From the IMG/VR virus record IMGVR_UViG_3300025015_000011, positions 1 through 64,000 of that record: 64,000 nt of DNA; one strand, 5' to 3'. The notes under the pieces were generated by a model. It had not been told where the DNA came from. It ran no database searches and worked only from the letters and a program-made list of their open reading frames with translations. The DNA is from a virus. Shown here piece after piece: positions 26,491-36,231 of this stretch; within the stretch, counting starts at the first letter, position 1, and each line of letters opens with the position of its first letter. A program made the position numbers and the translations under genes.

Positions 26491-28226
26491 CTCAATTAAA
26501 ATGGAAACACTTTTTAGAAGATTCTGATTTAGGAGATTTTTATAAAAATATAGATAAAAAATGGTCTCCTGAGCAAATTCAAACTGCAGTTAGTAATGCA
26601 GATGAAGGAATAGAAAATGTTCGTGAAAGACTTTTAACTGAATGTCTTTCTGAATTAAAGACTGAATCTTTTGTCAATGTAATATTAACACCTGAAGGTC
26701 TTGGTAAAAGTAAAATGGTCTTTAAATTTATTGAAAAGTATGGAGTAGATAGAGGTATACTACTATGTAAATCATATGACCAAATAAAAAATAAACAAAA
26801 AACCTATAGAAAGTATAACCCAGATAAAACAACTGTACTTATAATAGGAACTGAAAGACTATTAAAAAAACATGGCATAGATGAGAAATCATTTGTGCAT
26901 TGTATTGACCCAAAAACAAAAATGCCTTATTTATCATTTAATAAAACAGTTGAAGCTGCTGATATTAAACCTAATATAAAAAAGAAGCTTTATGATGAAA
27001 AAAAATATCAAGATGATGTAGCAGATAAAAAAATTAAAGTAGATTTACTCTTAATGACTGAGGATAAATTTAGAGTAGAAGTTATTTTAAATAAAAGATT
27101 TTGCAATGAACTAGTTATTGCTGATGAATTTAACCCAGACTTTTTCTTCCATTTTAAAGTTTTACCAGCCAATGGGCCTACTAAAGAAATTAAATTAATG
27201 AAACCAGAATACTCAAGTCAAGAAGCTTGGACTAATTTAAATGTTAATATGTATGAAATTCCAGAAAAGTTCCATTGGGATACTTATTTTGATGGTAAAA
27301 TGATTATCCTTTCAACTGAAGAAAAAGTCAAAAGCTATTTTAAATATAATCCTCATATTAATATCATAGATAAGAGAACTACATATTTCTGTGAACCAAA
27401 GGTCTTTATTTACAGTGTCAAATCAAAACTTCTTAACCAAAATAATAAAGCTAAATTAGCCCTTGCTGGATGGGCAAATGGTTATATAGTTGTAGGTAAT
27501 GGTATAAACTCTAAAGATAATAATGTTAGTTTATTAGGCCAAAATAAACATGATGACTGGCAAAATAAACCCATTAAGGTATTATCTACTGTTCCCAGTC
27601 CATATGAAGTAGCTGAACTCAGATCTAACATTCCTGGCCTATCAAGTGAAGATGCTATTACAATGAAAATGTCTGATACTTTAAATCAATTAATGGGAAG
27701 ATGTTGTGGCCATAGAAATGAGGTTGGGGTAGAAGAACTTCATGTTTTAATTCCTGATAATCAAATCAATAAGATATTACCTAATCTAAGATATGTATCA
27801 CAAGTAATAAGAACAATGACTGATGGAAAAAATGAAATGGAAAGAACTATTCATACTTTAACTACTGATATAATGGACTACAAAAAGCATGCTACTCTCT
27901 ATGATGCTTCATTATCAAAAAGAATTGAGGACTTAGTTAAATTAATGTACGAAAAGGGCTCTTCAATAGTTAAAAAGTTTAAAACAATGAAGTTCTTTAA
28001 ATGGAGTAAAGAGCTAATAGAGAAAGGGAAATCAGAATTACAAAAAGCAATGGATAGATTCCATAAAGCTGATAGCTATAATAGCTTTATTAAAGCTCCA
28101 TGTAATATATATAGTGACCTCTTCAACATGAGTGATATATCAATTATACAGACGAAGATTATAGATATGCTGCGTAATTCTGGTATTAATCCTGTTTTAG
28201 TATATCAAATAGAGCAAATTAGATAA
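26487..28226 (+). CDS. Divergent helicase-like P-loop protein
   Basis: TPEGLGKS, VIADEF, LSTE, LNQLMGR. Confidence 0.55.
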   Translation: MTQLKWKHFLEDSDLGDFYKNIDKKWSPEQIQTAVSNADEGIENVRERLLTECLSELKTESFVNVILTPEGLGKSKMVFKFIEKYGVDRGILLCKSYDQIKNKQKTYRKYNPDKTTVLIIGTERLLKKHGIDEKSFVHCIDPKTKMPYLSFNKTVEAADIKPNIKKKLYDEKKYQDDVADKKIKVDLLLMTEDKFRVEVILNKRFCNELVIADEFNPDFFFHFKVLPANGPTKEIKLMKPEYSSQEAWTNLNVNMYEIPEKFHWDTYFDGKMIILSTEEKVKSYFKYNPHINIIDKRTTYFCEPKVFIYSVKSKLLNQNNKAKLALAGWANGYIVVGNGINSKDNNVSLLGQNKHDDWQNKPIKVLSTVPSPYEVAELRSNIPGLSSEDAITMKMSDTLNQLMGRCCGHRNEVGVEELHVLIPDNQINKILPNLRYVSQVIRTMTDGKNEMERTIHTLTTDIMDYKKHATLYDASLSKRIEDLVKLMYEKGSSIVKKFKTMKFFKWSKELIEKGKSELQKAMDRFHKADSYNSFIKAPCNIYSDLFNMSDISIIQTKIIDMLRNSGINPVLVYQIEQIR

Positions 28227-28243
28227 GTTTTCACAACAATTTC

Positions 28244-28272
28244 TTGACATAGTACAATAGAATTGTTATAAT
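28244..28272 (+). promoter_or_regulatory. sigma70-type promoter
   Basis: TTGACA-17-TATAAT with TG extension. Confidence 0.8.
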
Positions 28273-28484
28273 ACTATCTATAAGAAGGAGAAGTGTTTAA
28301 ATGGATGAGTACACTAGATTTGCATTTAGTAAGACCTGTAAAGGATGTTCAGATTTAGAAAAGAAATATAAGTCCTTCTATTGCAAAGAAGAATTTTTCA
28401 ATGAGAAAGATAATAATGATAGACCTATCAATTGCATAAACTATTATTATGGTAAAATACAAAGGAGATAATAATGAATTATAA

Positions 28485-28931
28485 ATGGCAGTACTTAAGC
28501 TCACAGATAACACAGAATTCTATAATTGTTTAAAAGAATACAAAGAAACAAAAGACCCAGACCATTCTAAATATGATTTAATCCGAAACAGACAAGTGTA
28601 TGAAAGAATTGGTGCAATCATAGATAACATGGCCAAGCGTCTACTTTTTTCACCTAAATTTATAAATTATACTGTTGATTGGAAAAATGAAATGTACTCA
28701 GAAGCTTGTTATAACAGTGTGAGATATTTAGATAATTTTAATACAGCAACTCATCAAAACCCTTTTGGTTATTTTACTCAAGTAATGTGGAATTCTTTTC
28801 TTCAAGTCTTAAATAAAGAAAAGAAGATACGGGTACAGAGGGAAGTAATAATGGATAAGGTTTGGGCAGAAGCTATTGAAAATGAAATGGTGATTGAAGA
28901 AGGAACCACCATCAAGATGGAAGAGAAATGA
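28485..28931 (+). CDS. gp55: Late transcription sigma factor
   Basis: F.NYT.DWK.EM..EA, NF, NPFGYFTQ..WNSF.Q...KEKK. Confidence 0.92.
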   Translation: MAVLKLTDNTEFYNCLKEYKETKDPDHSKYDLIRNRQVYERIGAIIDNMAKRLLFSPKFINYTVDWKNEMYSEACYNSVRYLDNFNTATHQNPFGYFTQVMWNSFLQVLNKEKKIRVQREVIMDKVWAEAIENEMVIEEGTTIKMEEK

Positions 28932-28932
28932 A

Positions 28933-29100
28933 ATGAAATCTGTTACGATAAAAGACCATAAAGGGAAAGTTTTAATAAAGGTTGTTCACCGTAAGGACGG
29001 GACATATAACCTTATTAAAAAAGAGGAATTATCCTATATCAAGGTTGAGGCAAAGGCCGTTGATGGGTCCCGTGTATATTTTAAAACAGAGGTTGAGTAA
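28933..29100 (+). CDS. Small hypothetical protein
   Basis: ATG immediately after the gp55 stop. Confidence 0.5.
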   Translation: MKSVTIKDHKGKVLIKVVHRKDGTYNLIKKEELSYIKVEAKAVDGSRVYFKTEVE

Positions 29101-29394
29101 ATGTTCACATACAAGAAGTATATCCCTGTTGGTCGGTATCGGAGTTTTGAGCCTGAACACCATGATATAAAACTAAATAAAAAGGTTGTTGGTCATATCA
29201 GTGTAAATCGTTTAGATAGAGAATTTATCGTATCATTTGCCATTAAGAAAGAATCCACTAAAGAAGACCCTGCCCCGTTTAAGTGGGTGATGTTAAAGAC
29301 AAGATTCAAGACGGCAGATGAAGCCAAAGAAGCATTGGCTGGTAGATTCACAGATTTGGTCAAGAAACTGGATTTATATTCATTTAAAGATTAA
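29101..29394 (+). CDS. Hypothetical protein
   Basis: RBS GAGG. Confidence 0.65.
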   Translation: MFTYKKYIPVGRYRSFEPEHHDIKLNKKVVGHISVNRLDREFIVSFAIKKESTKEDPAPFKWVMLKTRFKTADEAKEALAGRFTDLVKKLDLYSFKD

Positions 29395-29408
29395 ACCGTG
29401 GGGGAGAT

Positions 29409-29600
29409 ATGAGAAAGAAAAAGCTTTTTGTGGTTGGGTATGACATGGAAACTGAACCGATATTTGGTAAAGAATGTATACTCGATGGTGCAGTCTTCCC
29501 AAGGACACAAGCTCAAGCGTTGAAAGACCTTAAACTATTTGACCAGCTGGATAATCCCGTCATCTACAAACTGGTCAAGGTTGACCCGAAGAAGATTTAG
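29409..29600 (+). CDS. Hypothetical protein
   Basis: RBS GGAG; start of the GC-richer island. Confidence 0.55.
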   Translation: MRKKKLFVVGYDMETEPIFGKECILDGAVFPRTQAQALKDLKLFDQLDNPVIYKLVKVDPKKI

Positions 29601-29809
29601 CCGGAGTCCGGCAGAAGGAGGGGGAGGCGAGGGAGACGGAGAGTTGGCCGAGTACACATTAGAACAGCTTTTATTAGACCCTGAAGTCAGAAAAGAATTC
29701 TATGCCGTCAAGGAGTACATCATTCATTGTGTCCGATGGGATTATCTTTATGACAAGTCCCTCCCCTCCCCGACATGGTTCGAGTTCGAGGAAGCAAATA
29801 GGAGGAACC

Positions 29810-29998
29810 GTGACTAAGATACTGCTGCTATTTTGTGCCGCTCTTTTTCTTGTCGCCTGTGACCAGCCCATGACCCGGCAAGATATAATCACCGGAGTTC
29901 AGGAGTGTGAAGCCGCAGGATTGCGCCCAATGATAATGTATAACGGACTCACTGTGCGGCAGATGCGGGTGGACTGTGTATTACCGGAGGAGAAGTAA
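29810..29998 (+). CDS. Putative small lipoprotein (GTG start)
   Basis: RBS GGAGG; TKILLLFCAALFLVA-C lipobox. Confidence 0.55.
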   Translation: MTKILLLFCAALFLVACDQPMTRQDIITGVQECEAAGLRPMIMYNGLTVRQMRVDCVLPEEK

Positions 29999-30357
29999 TG
30001 ACAAACGAACAGAAGAACAAGTTCATCGTGGAGAAGGTGCTGGGAGAGTGCTGGCATGAATGGAATAAGAGCCTATGTACTAAATGCGGTCTGCGCATTT
30101 GGGATGAGCGGCATATCCCTAAATTACTCGACTTCTACTCCCCCTACCCGAAAGAGCAAGCCATCAACTTCTTTAGGTTGTTGAACTGTATCAAGGAGAA
30201 GGAGTGGTTTCCTAAAATTTTAGATAGAATAGGTGCGCTTCACATCCTTGATAACTATCCCATGCAATTCCCGCCTTTCATACAGATAGATTATATCAGC
30301 TGCTCTGCCCTTGCAGACGCCGTTATCGAGTTTAAGAAAGGAGAGGAAGATGCATGA
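29998..30357 (+). CDS. Hypothetical protein, paralogous to 58077
   Basis: N..I.E.VLGECWHEW...C.KC. Confidence 0.6.
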   Translation: MTNEQKNKFIVEKVLGECWHEWNKSLCTKCGLRIWDERHIPKLLDFYSPYPKEQAINFFRLLNCIKEKEWFPKILDRIGALHILDNYPMQFPPFIQIDYISCSALADAVIEFKKGEEDA

Positions 30358-30456
30358 GGTAGTAGAAAAAGTAGCGGGGGTTGTTTTCTTTATTTTTGTG
30401 ATTGTATCTCTGGTCGCCTACGCCATAAATGACGATAGAAAATAAGGGAGAAGAAT

Positions 30457-30783
30457 ATGCTGAGTGAGAAGGAGAGAATTCAAAAGATAAAAGAAAAGTA
30501 TGCCTTCCATTCCAATTTAGAGCCATGTAAGTGCGATGGGTGTTTTCTTATGAACATCATCGACCGCCTCGTGGTTGAGAACGCTTCTATGCTGTCTGGT
30601 TCTGTTGAAGTTGTAGCCAGAAAGGATGCTGAGATCACGGATTTGAACCAGCAGATAAATCGTCTCATGGCTGACCGAGAGGCGATAGGGAAGGCGTGGG
30701 ATGAAATTTATAAATGGGCAGATTGCCCTGAGAAATATAAGAGATTAATAGAAGCCCTCGACAGGGCGATAAGGAGGAAGTAA
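30457..30783 (+). CDS. Hypothetical coiled-coil protein
   Basis: RBS GGAG. Confidence 0.6.
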   Translation: MLSEKERIQKIKEKYAFHSNLEPCKCDGCFLMNIIDRLVVENASMLSGSVEVVARKDAEITDLNQQINRLMADREAIGKAWDEIYKWADCPEKYKRLIEALDRAIRRK

Positions 30784-31392
30784 ATGAGTGAACATAGGTG
30801 TGACTTTAGCCAAGATATATTTGGTTTGCCGTCCAAATGTCCCGTATGTCTTAAGCCTCCAAGTGCAGAGGATAAGCTGAGTTCTGCGTGTAGAACAATT
30901 AAGTCTCTTCAATCCTGCCTCTCCCTTCTGGAGTCCAAGCACACAGAAGCACAGTACAAGATAATGGGTCTGGAGTCAGAAGTATCGCACTTCGAGGCTG
31001 AAAATAAAGAACTGGAGTCTGAGCGGGACAGGCTGACGTTTGCCTTAGCAGACTGGTTAACCTGTTGGGATACACCTGAAGAATGGATGCGATGCAGGGA
31101 TAATGCGAAGAACCTTTTGGGTGGATTTGAGGAGGCTTGTAAGATAGCCCGAACCGCCCTCGAAGGGCAGCCGGAGGTACCTAATGCGGTTACAGTATGG
31201 GGTGAAGGTGATGTTGTGCCAGAGGGCGACCCACTAAGAAAGCGTTATGAGGAAAGGCACTCAGTCAGTCAGCCGGAGGGGAGGGAGGTCACGGTGGAGG
31301 AGATTGAAAAAGTTATAGACGAATGCTCAGGAGATACCTACCGCAAGATAGCTACTCACATATTCAACTGCTTCAATGTGAAAAGGAAATAA
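30784..31392 (+). CDS. Hypothetical coiled-coil protein
   Basis: RBS GGAGG; TAATG coupling to gp47. Confidence 0.6.
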   Translation: MSEHRCDFSQDIFGLPSKCPVCLKPPSAEDKLSSACRTIKSLQSCLSLLESKHTEAQYKIMGLESEVSHFEAENKELESERDRLTFALADWLTCWDTPEEWMRCRDNAKNLLGGFEEACKIARTALEGQPEVPNAVTVWGEGDVVPEGDPLRKRYEERHSVSQPEGREVTVEEIEKVIDECSGDTYRKIATHIFNCFNVKRK

Positions 31393-32447
31393 TGTCAAAA
31401 AGTTTAATATTTACTGATATTCATGCTGGTGTAAAATCAGATGCTGAAATATTTTTAAATGAGTTCAGAAAGTTCTTTGAAGAATTCCTCCCGGAACAAA
31501 TAGAGAATTATTCTCTTCAAGAAGGCCCAATATTTGGTTTAGGTGACCTTTTTGATAATAGGAATAATCTAAATGTCAAAACACTTTCTACAGTTTATCA
31601 AACATTCACTAGTTTATTCAAAAGATATCCCAAATTAAAAATTTACCTTTTAACTGGTAATCATGATATTTACTATAGGAATACCAGAGAAGTTAGTTCT
31701 TTAAATGTTCTCAATGAATTTTCAAATATTGAATTAATAACTGATATTAAGAAAACATCTTTTTTTGGGAGGTCAGTAACACTTTGTCCTTGGATAACAA
31801 ATAAAGATAGTTCAGACCAGATCTTTGAAGAAAGAGCAGATATTTGTATGGGTCACTTTGAAATCAATGGGTTTGAAATGGTATCAGGGATTAAAGAGTA
31901 TAATGGTATAGCACCTAAGAAATTTGAAGAAACATTTAAATTAACCTTTTCAGGCCATTTTCATCTAAGGGCAGAACAAAATGGAATTATCTATGTTGGC
32001 AATCCTTATCAAACAAAGTGGTCTGATTATGGTAACACTAAAGGTGTTTATGTTTTAGATTTTAGAACTCTTCAATATGAATTTATTGAGAATATCAATG
32101 CTCCAATTTATGTTAAATTATTTTTATCAAATATTAAAAAAGGGACAATAAATTTAAAGAAAGAAGTCCCAAATAATTTTATATCTCTTATAGTTGATGA
32201 TAGAATATCAACCAATGATTTGGATAAGTTAAATTATATGATTTCTTCTCTTAATCCTCAATCATTCATAATTGCAGACGCTGAGAAGAAATATGGTATA
32301 GTCGAAGAAATTGAAGATTGTGCTAGTATGTCTCCATTACAATTTCTTCAAGAATATACAAATTCCTTGCAATTACCTCAAAAAATTGATAAAAATAAAT
32401 TGGTTAAAAAAATGACAGAACTTTACCACCAAGTGGAGATTAATTAA
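31392..32447 (+). CDS. gp47: Recombination endonuclease subunit (Mre11/SbcD-like)
   Basis: DIH, GDLFD, GNHD, GHF, SGHFH. Confidence 0.93.
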   Translation: MSKSLIFTDIHAGVKSDAEIFLNEFRKFFEEFLPEQIENYSLQEGPIFGLGDLFDNRNNLNVKTLSTVYQTFTSLFKRYPKLKIYLLTGNHDIYYRNTREVSSLNVLNEFSNIELITDIKKTSFFGRSVTLCPWITNKDSSDQIFEERADICMGHFEINGFEMVSGIKEYNGIAPKKFEETFKLTFSGHFHLRAEQNGIIYVGNPYQTKWSDYGNTKGVYVLDFRTLQYEFIENINAPIYVKLFLSNIKKGTINLKKEVPNNFISLIVDDRISTNDLDKLNYMISSLNPQSFIIADAEKKYGIVEEIEDCASMSPLQFLQEYTNSLQLPQKIDKNKLVKKMTELYHQVEIN

Positions 32448-34208
32448 GTGCATATAGATTTTGAAGAAATATCAATTAAAAACTTCATGTCTTATGGTGC
32501 TAAACCAGTTAAGCTGAATCTAAGAGAACATCCTTTAACATTAATAGTTGGAGCTAATGGAAAGGGAAAGAGCTCTCTTGTATGCGATTCTATCATCACA
32601 GCACTTTTCGGTCGCCCCTCTAAGAGTGTAAAAATTAAGACTATAGTAAATGACATTAATAGAAAGAATTGTGTTATTGATTTAAAATTTACTATCAATA
32701 AGAAACATAGTTATAGAATAGTCCGAGGCTTCTCTCCTGATTATGTTGAATTATATAAAGATGGAGAAGTTGAAGATAGCAGAAGCTCTAAGAAGTTTAT
32801 GCAAAAGGAAATTGATGATATTACTCAATTAAACCTTGATACATTTAAAAATATTTGTGTTTTGACTGCTAACCTTTCTACTTCATTCCTTGATATGAAA
32901 GCCGCAGACGCTCGGACTGTTATTGAGAATTTATTTGGTTTAAACATATACTCTTCCATGTTGAAGAAGATTAAAGAAGATAGAGCCCTTTCAAATGATA
33001 AAGTTAAAATCATTGAAAGGGATATACAATTTTATACTGAAGTAATTGATGATTATAAAAAGAATGTTCAGAAGATGAAGGAACTAAAAGAGAATTTTGA
33101 AAAAGAAAAAGAAGAAAAGTTAACAAACCTTAGAATTTTAAAGAAGAATAAAGAAGAAGAAATATCCATTATAAAATCTGAGATAGCAGCTCTTTCATAT
33201 CTATCTGAGGATAAAGAAACCATATCTTCAAATCTATCTAATTTTAAACAAACAAAAAGTGATATAGTAGCTGAATTAAAAGTAATAAAATCTAAAATAA
33301 AAGAAGAAAATGAAAAAATAGCCTTATTTGAAAATAATGCTATATGTCCAACCTGTTCATCAGACCTAACAGGTGAGCACAAAGTAAAAGAATTACTGGC
33401 TATAAATCAAAGGATAACAGAATATACAAATAAACAAACATTAAAAGATTCGAGATTACTTTCGCTTGAAGGAGCTATTAAAGGAGCTGAAGAACAGTTA
33501 CAAAAAATCTCTACCAGAGAAACTGAACTAAATAATTTTAAAATAAAGTTATCTAAGATTGAATCTGATATAAAAACAATCACTAATAATATTGAACAAA
33601 CAGACTCTGATAATATGAGTAAACATATTGCTTCTATTATAGATGTTGAAAAGATAAAGGAATATGTAGAAAAATATAAAACAGTAAAGAATGATTTGAT
33701 TATTTTGAAAGAAGAAATAATTTATCAAGATATTCAGAAAGATATACTTTCTGATGATGGTGCAAAAAGTATAGCAATTAAAAGAGATTTGCCATATTTG
33801 AATACTAAAGTAAATGAGTACTTGAGAAAACTTGGTTTTCATATTAATATTGAATTTAATGAGGTCTTTGGATTAGTTATAAATAATCCAAGGAAGGCAA
33901 ATTTTGATTATAACAATTTTTCAAATGGGCAGAAGAAAAGAATTGACCTTGCAATATTATTAGCTTTCATGGATTTAGCAAAGAAGAAAAATTCAATCAG
34001 TACAAACATTTTTGTGCTGGATGAGCTGCTTGATAGTTCTCTAGATAGCGATGGTGTTCAAGATTTTATCGATATTTTAAATCAAAAGGTAAAAGAGAAT
34101 AACATGAATGTATTTATTATAAGTCACAAGAAGGACCTCGTGCTCGAGAATTGCAGGAAGATAGAAGTGGAGCAGGATGGTGAATTTTCGTTTCTTAAGG
34201 TGAGTTAA
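32448..34208 (+). CDS. gp46: Recombination ATPase subunit (Rad50/SbcC-like)
   Basis: GANGKGKS, CPTC zinc hook, FSNGQKKRIDL, LDE. Confidence 0.95.
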   Translation: MHIDFEEISIKNFMSYGAKPVKLNLREHPLTLIVGANGKGKSSLVCDSIITALFGRPSKSVKIKTIVNDINRKNCVIDLKFTINKKHSYRIVRGFSPDYVELYKDGEVEDSRSSKKFMQKEIDDITQLNLDTFKNICVLTANLSTSFLDMKAADARTVIENLFGLNIYSSMLKKIKEDRALSNDKVKIIERDIQFYTEVIDDYKKNVQKMKELKENFEKEKEEKLTNLRILKKNKEEEISIIKSEIAALSYLSEDKETISSNLSNFKQTKSDIVAELKVIKSKIKEENEKIALFENNAICPTCSSDLTGEHKVKELLAINQRITEYTNKQTLKDSRLLSLEGAIKGAEEQLQKISTRETELNNFKIKLSKIESDIKTITNNIEQTDSDNMSKHIASIIDVEKIKEYVEKYKTVKNDLIILKEEIIYQDIQKDILSDDGAKSIAIKRDLPYLNTKVNEYLRKLGFHINIEFNEVFGLVINNPRKANFDYNNFSNGQKKRIDLAILLAFMDLAKKKNSISTNIFVLDELLDSSLDSDGVQDFIDILNQKVKENNMNVFIISHKKDLVLENCRKIEVEQDGEFSFLKVS

Positions 34209-34525
34209 TGTTAACTAAATATAAATCTATAGAAAATAAAATTGCTGAAATTGAACATCAATATTATATTTTTACTGATGTTGTTCTTAAAGATGAAAGT
34301 TTAAGACCAATTTGTGAAGCAATGAGAGACACATTATATATAATTAAGAATTTAATTGATGTAGAATTAAAGGCTTTTTTGTTATTAAATATTGGAGGAA
34401 CTATATATCAAATACCAAAAGAAGAAATGAAAAAAGCTTCTATTTGGTGGGAGAAGAATGTTGAACAACATCCATTAGGAAAATCTCCAGCTAATTTAAA
34501 ATCTTTGGGTTTAGTATATTTTTAA
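34208..34525 (+). CDS. Hypothetical protein
   Basis: Coupled ORF. Confidence 0.6.
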   Translation: MLTKYKSIENKIAEIEHQYYIFTDVVLKDESLRPICEAMRDTLYIIKNLIDVELKAFLLLNIGGTIYQIPKEEMKKASIWWEKNVEQHPLGKSPANLKSLGLVYF

Positions 34526-34894
34526 ATGAATATGCACAAGAAAATTGGGAGAACTATAAATATGAAAAATAAACCATATTTTACAAAATTAGTAAATCAA
34601 GTAGAAAAGATTGAAGAAGATGTATCTGTTTTAGTTGCAAAAAAGAAATTACTTTTAAGTAAAATGCAAGACCACTGTATTCATCCAGTTTTAATCGAAA
34701 GTGGTGGGTATGATATAAGTAGTTATGATAATCAATTTGCATATGCTAAATATAGGGTTCATTGTGATGCTTGTGGAATTGTATGGTTTACGGATAGTCC
34801 AGATTGGTATGACATTAAAAGAAGAGCTGTTTATTGGAAAAATATAAAAGAAATAAATTCAAGATTTGCATATTTATTAGATAGGTCCTTTTAA
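34526..34894 (+). CDS. Hypothetical protein (CxH...CxxC)
   Basis: ORF with RBS. Confidence 0.6.
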   Translation: MNMHKKIGRTINMKNKPYFTKLVNQVEKIEEDVSVLVAKKKLLLSKMQDHCIHPVLIESGGYDISSYDNQFAYAKYRVHCDACGIVWFTDSPDWYDIKRRAVYWKNIKEINSRFAYLLDRSF

Positions 34895-34895
34895 T

Positions 34896-35054
34896 ATGAA
34901 TAAAGATTATCTAAAAGCTAAAGAATTAGGTCCGACTAATTTGAACAGATGGGAGGAAGGAATTGAACACCATCCAATGTCTGAAAAAATTGTTGAATTT
35001 CTTTCAGACCATGACTTCAATGATTATGGTGATTATTTTTGTTGGAAATGTTAG
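34896..35054 (+). CDS. Small hypothetical protein, possibly truncated
   Basis: NRWEEGIEHHP...DYFCWKC*; not in ORF track. Confidence 0.45.
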   Translation: MNKDYLKAKELGPTNLNRWEEGIEHHPMSEKIVEFLSDHDFNDYGDYFCWKC

Positions 35055-35067
35055 ATAAGGATAGAAA

Positions 35068-35434
35068 ATGAAAATTGACCATGATAGATTGTATAAAGTT
35101 TTAACACATCAATTAGTTGGAAGAGGTTGTGGTAAGACCTTTGCTACTTGTTGTGAATTATTAAATATCATTGAATTGGATGGGCCCTAATTTAATAATT
35201 TGCAAAGAAAAGAATCATCATGATATATATTATATTTTTAGAATGTTAAGAGAAATAGCATATGAATTAAAATTAGATAATGTATTAAATGATATGTTCA
35301 GAAGAAAATCTGGGCAATATGATTTTCATACTAATGGTAAAAGAATTAAATTTATAACAGAAGTAGTATTCAATGAACAATATGGTTTAGCTGGATATGC
35401 TGATTATTATTTAGTAGATTTTATAGATTATTAA
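35068..35434 (+). CDS. Small P-loop protein split by a +1 frameshift at CCC-TAA
   Basis: Frame 0 (35068-35190) has GRGCGKT; +1 frame continues to 35434. Confidence 0.55.
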
Positions 35435-35508
35435 ATAAAGGAGAGTAGATTTATCTTGATATATCATTATAATTAAATTATATTAAAATAATCAAATAAA
35501 GCTTTGAG

Positions 35509-36231
35509 GTGATTATGCTTAATGACAATGAAATAGTAGAATTTAGAGAATATCATATATTTGGTGTATTTCCATATTCAATGTGGAAGGACGAAAAAAA
35601 TAAGAACTTTTTTCAATTTTTCAAAGAGAATAATTTTGAAATTAGTTTTAATTATATAATGGATTTCCCAAATCCTGAAAAGAAGCTTTATGGAGTATCA
35701 TCAACTTCAGATACTGAACAACCTATAACATCATCTGTTATGATAACAAAAGATTTTGGTAAAAATGAATTAGATACTGTCAATGCTATAATCTCAAAAA
35801 TTAGAGGCATTAATACTTCAATACCAGCTTGTTATATTGGTAAACGAACAGATTACCCAGATTGGGCAACAGAACCATGTTACAAAAATATTGCTTTAGA
35901 TGATGAATATTTTAGATATCCACAGATAGGTATAGAATTATCATGGTGTAATACACACTTTGATGGTAGAGATTTAACACAGAAAGAACTAAACAAGGTA
36001 ATAAAAGAAATGAAACGGTATTATAATAGGTGTATAAGATTCAAACATAGAGATGGAAGATATTTAACTATTAAGGATACGTTTATAAAACTTCAATCCG
36101 CAGCCAGTGACACAATTGGAGATATTGAAGATGATATAAAACAGCCCTTATCAAAAGAACAAGACAAATATTTGAACAAATCTATTGTTGAATTTTTAAT
36201 TGAAAGAAAAAATAACGGATATTGGTTATAA
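35509..36231 (+). CDS. Hypothetical protein
   Basis: Long ORF with upstream promoter-like sequence. Confidence 0.7.
   Translation: MIMLNDNEIVEFREYHIFGVFPYSMWKDEKNKNFFQFFKENNFEISFNYIMDFPNPEKKLYGVSSTSDTEQPITSSVMITKDFGKNELDTVNAIISKIRGINTSIPACYIGKRTDYPDWATEPCYKNIALDDEYFRYPQIGIELSWCNTHFDGRDLTQKELNKVIKEMKRYYNRCIRFKHRDGRYLTIKDTFIKLQSAASDTIGDIEDDIKQPLSKEQDKYLNKSIVEFLIERKNNGYWL

Noticed and set aside
34896-35054. Truncated member of a small phage family that normally continues past DYFCWK
   Set aside because: Based only on my recollection of the family; not supportable without a search
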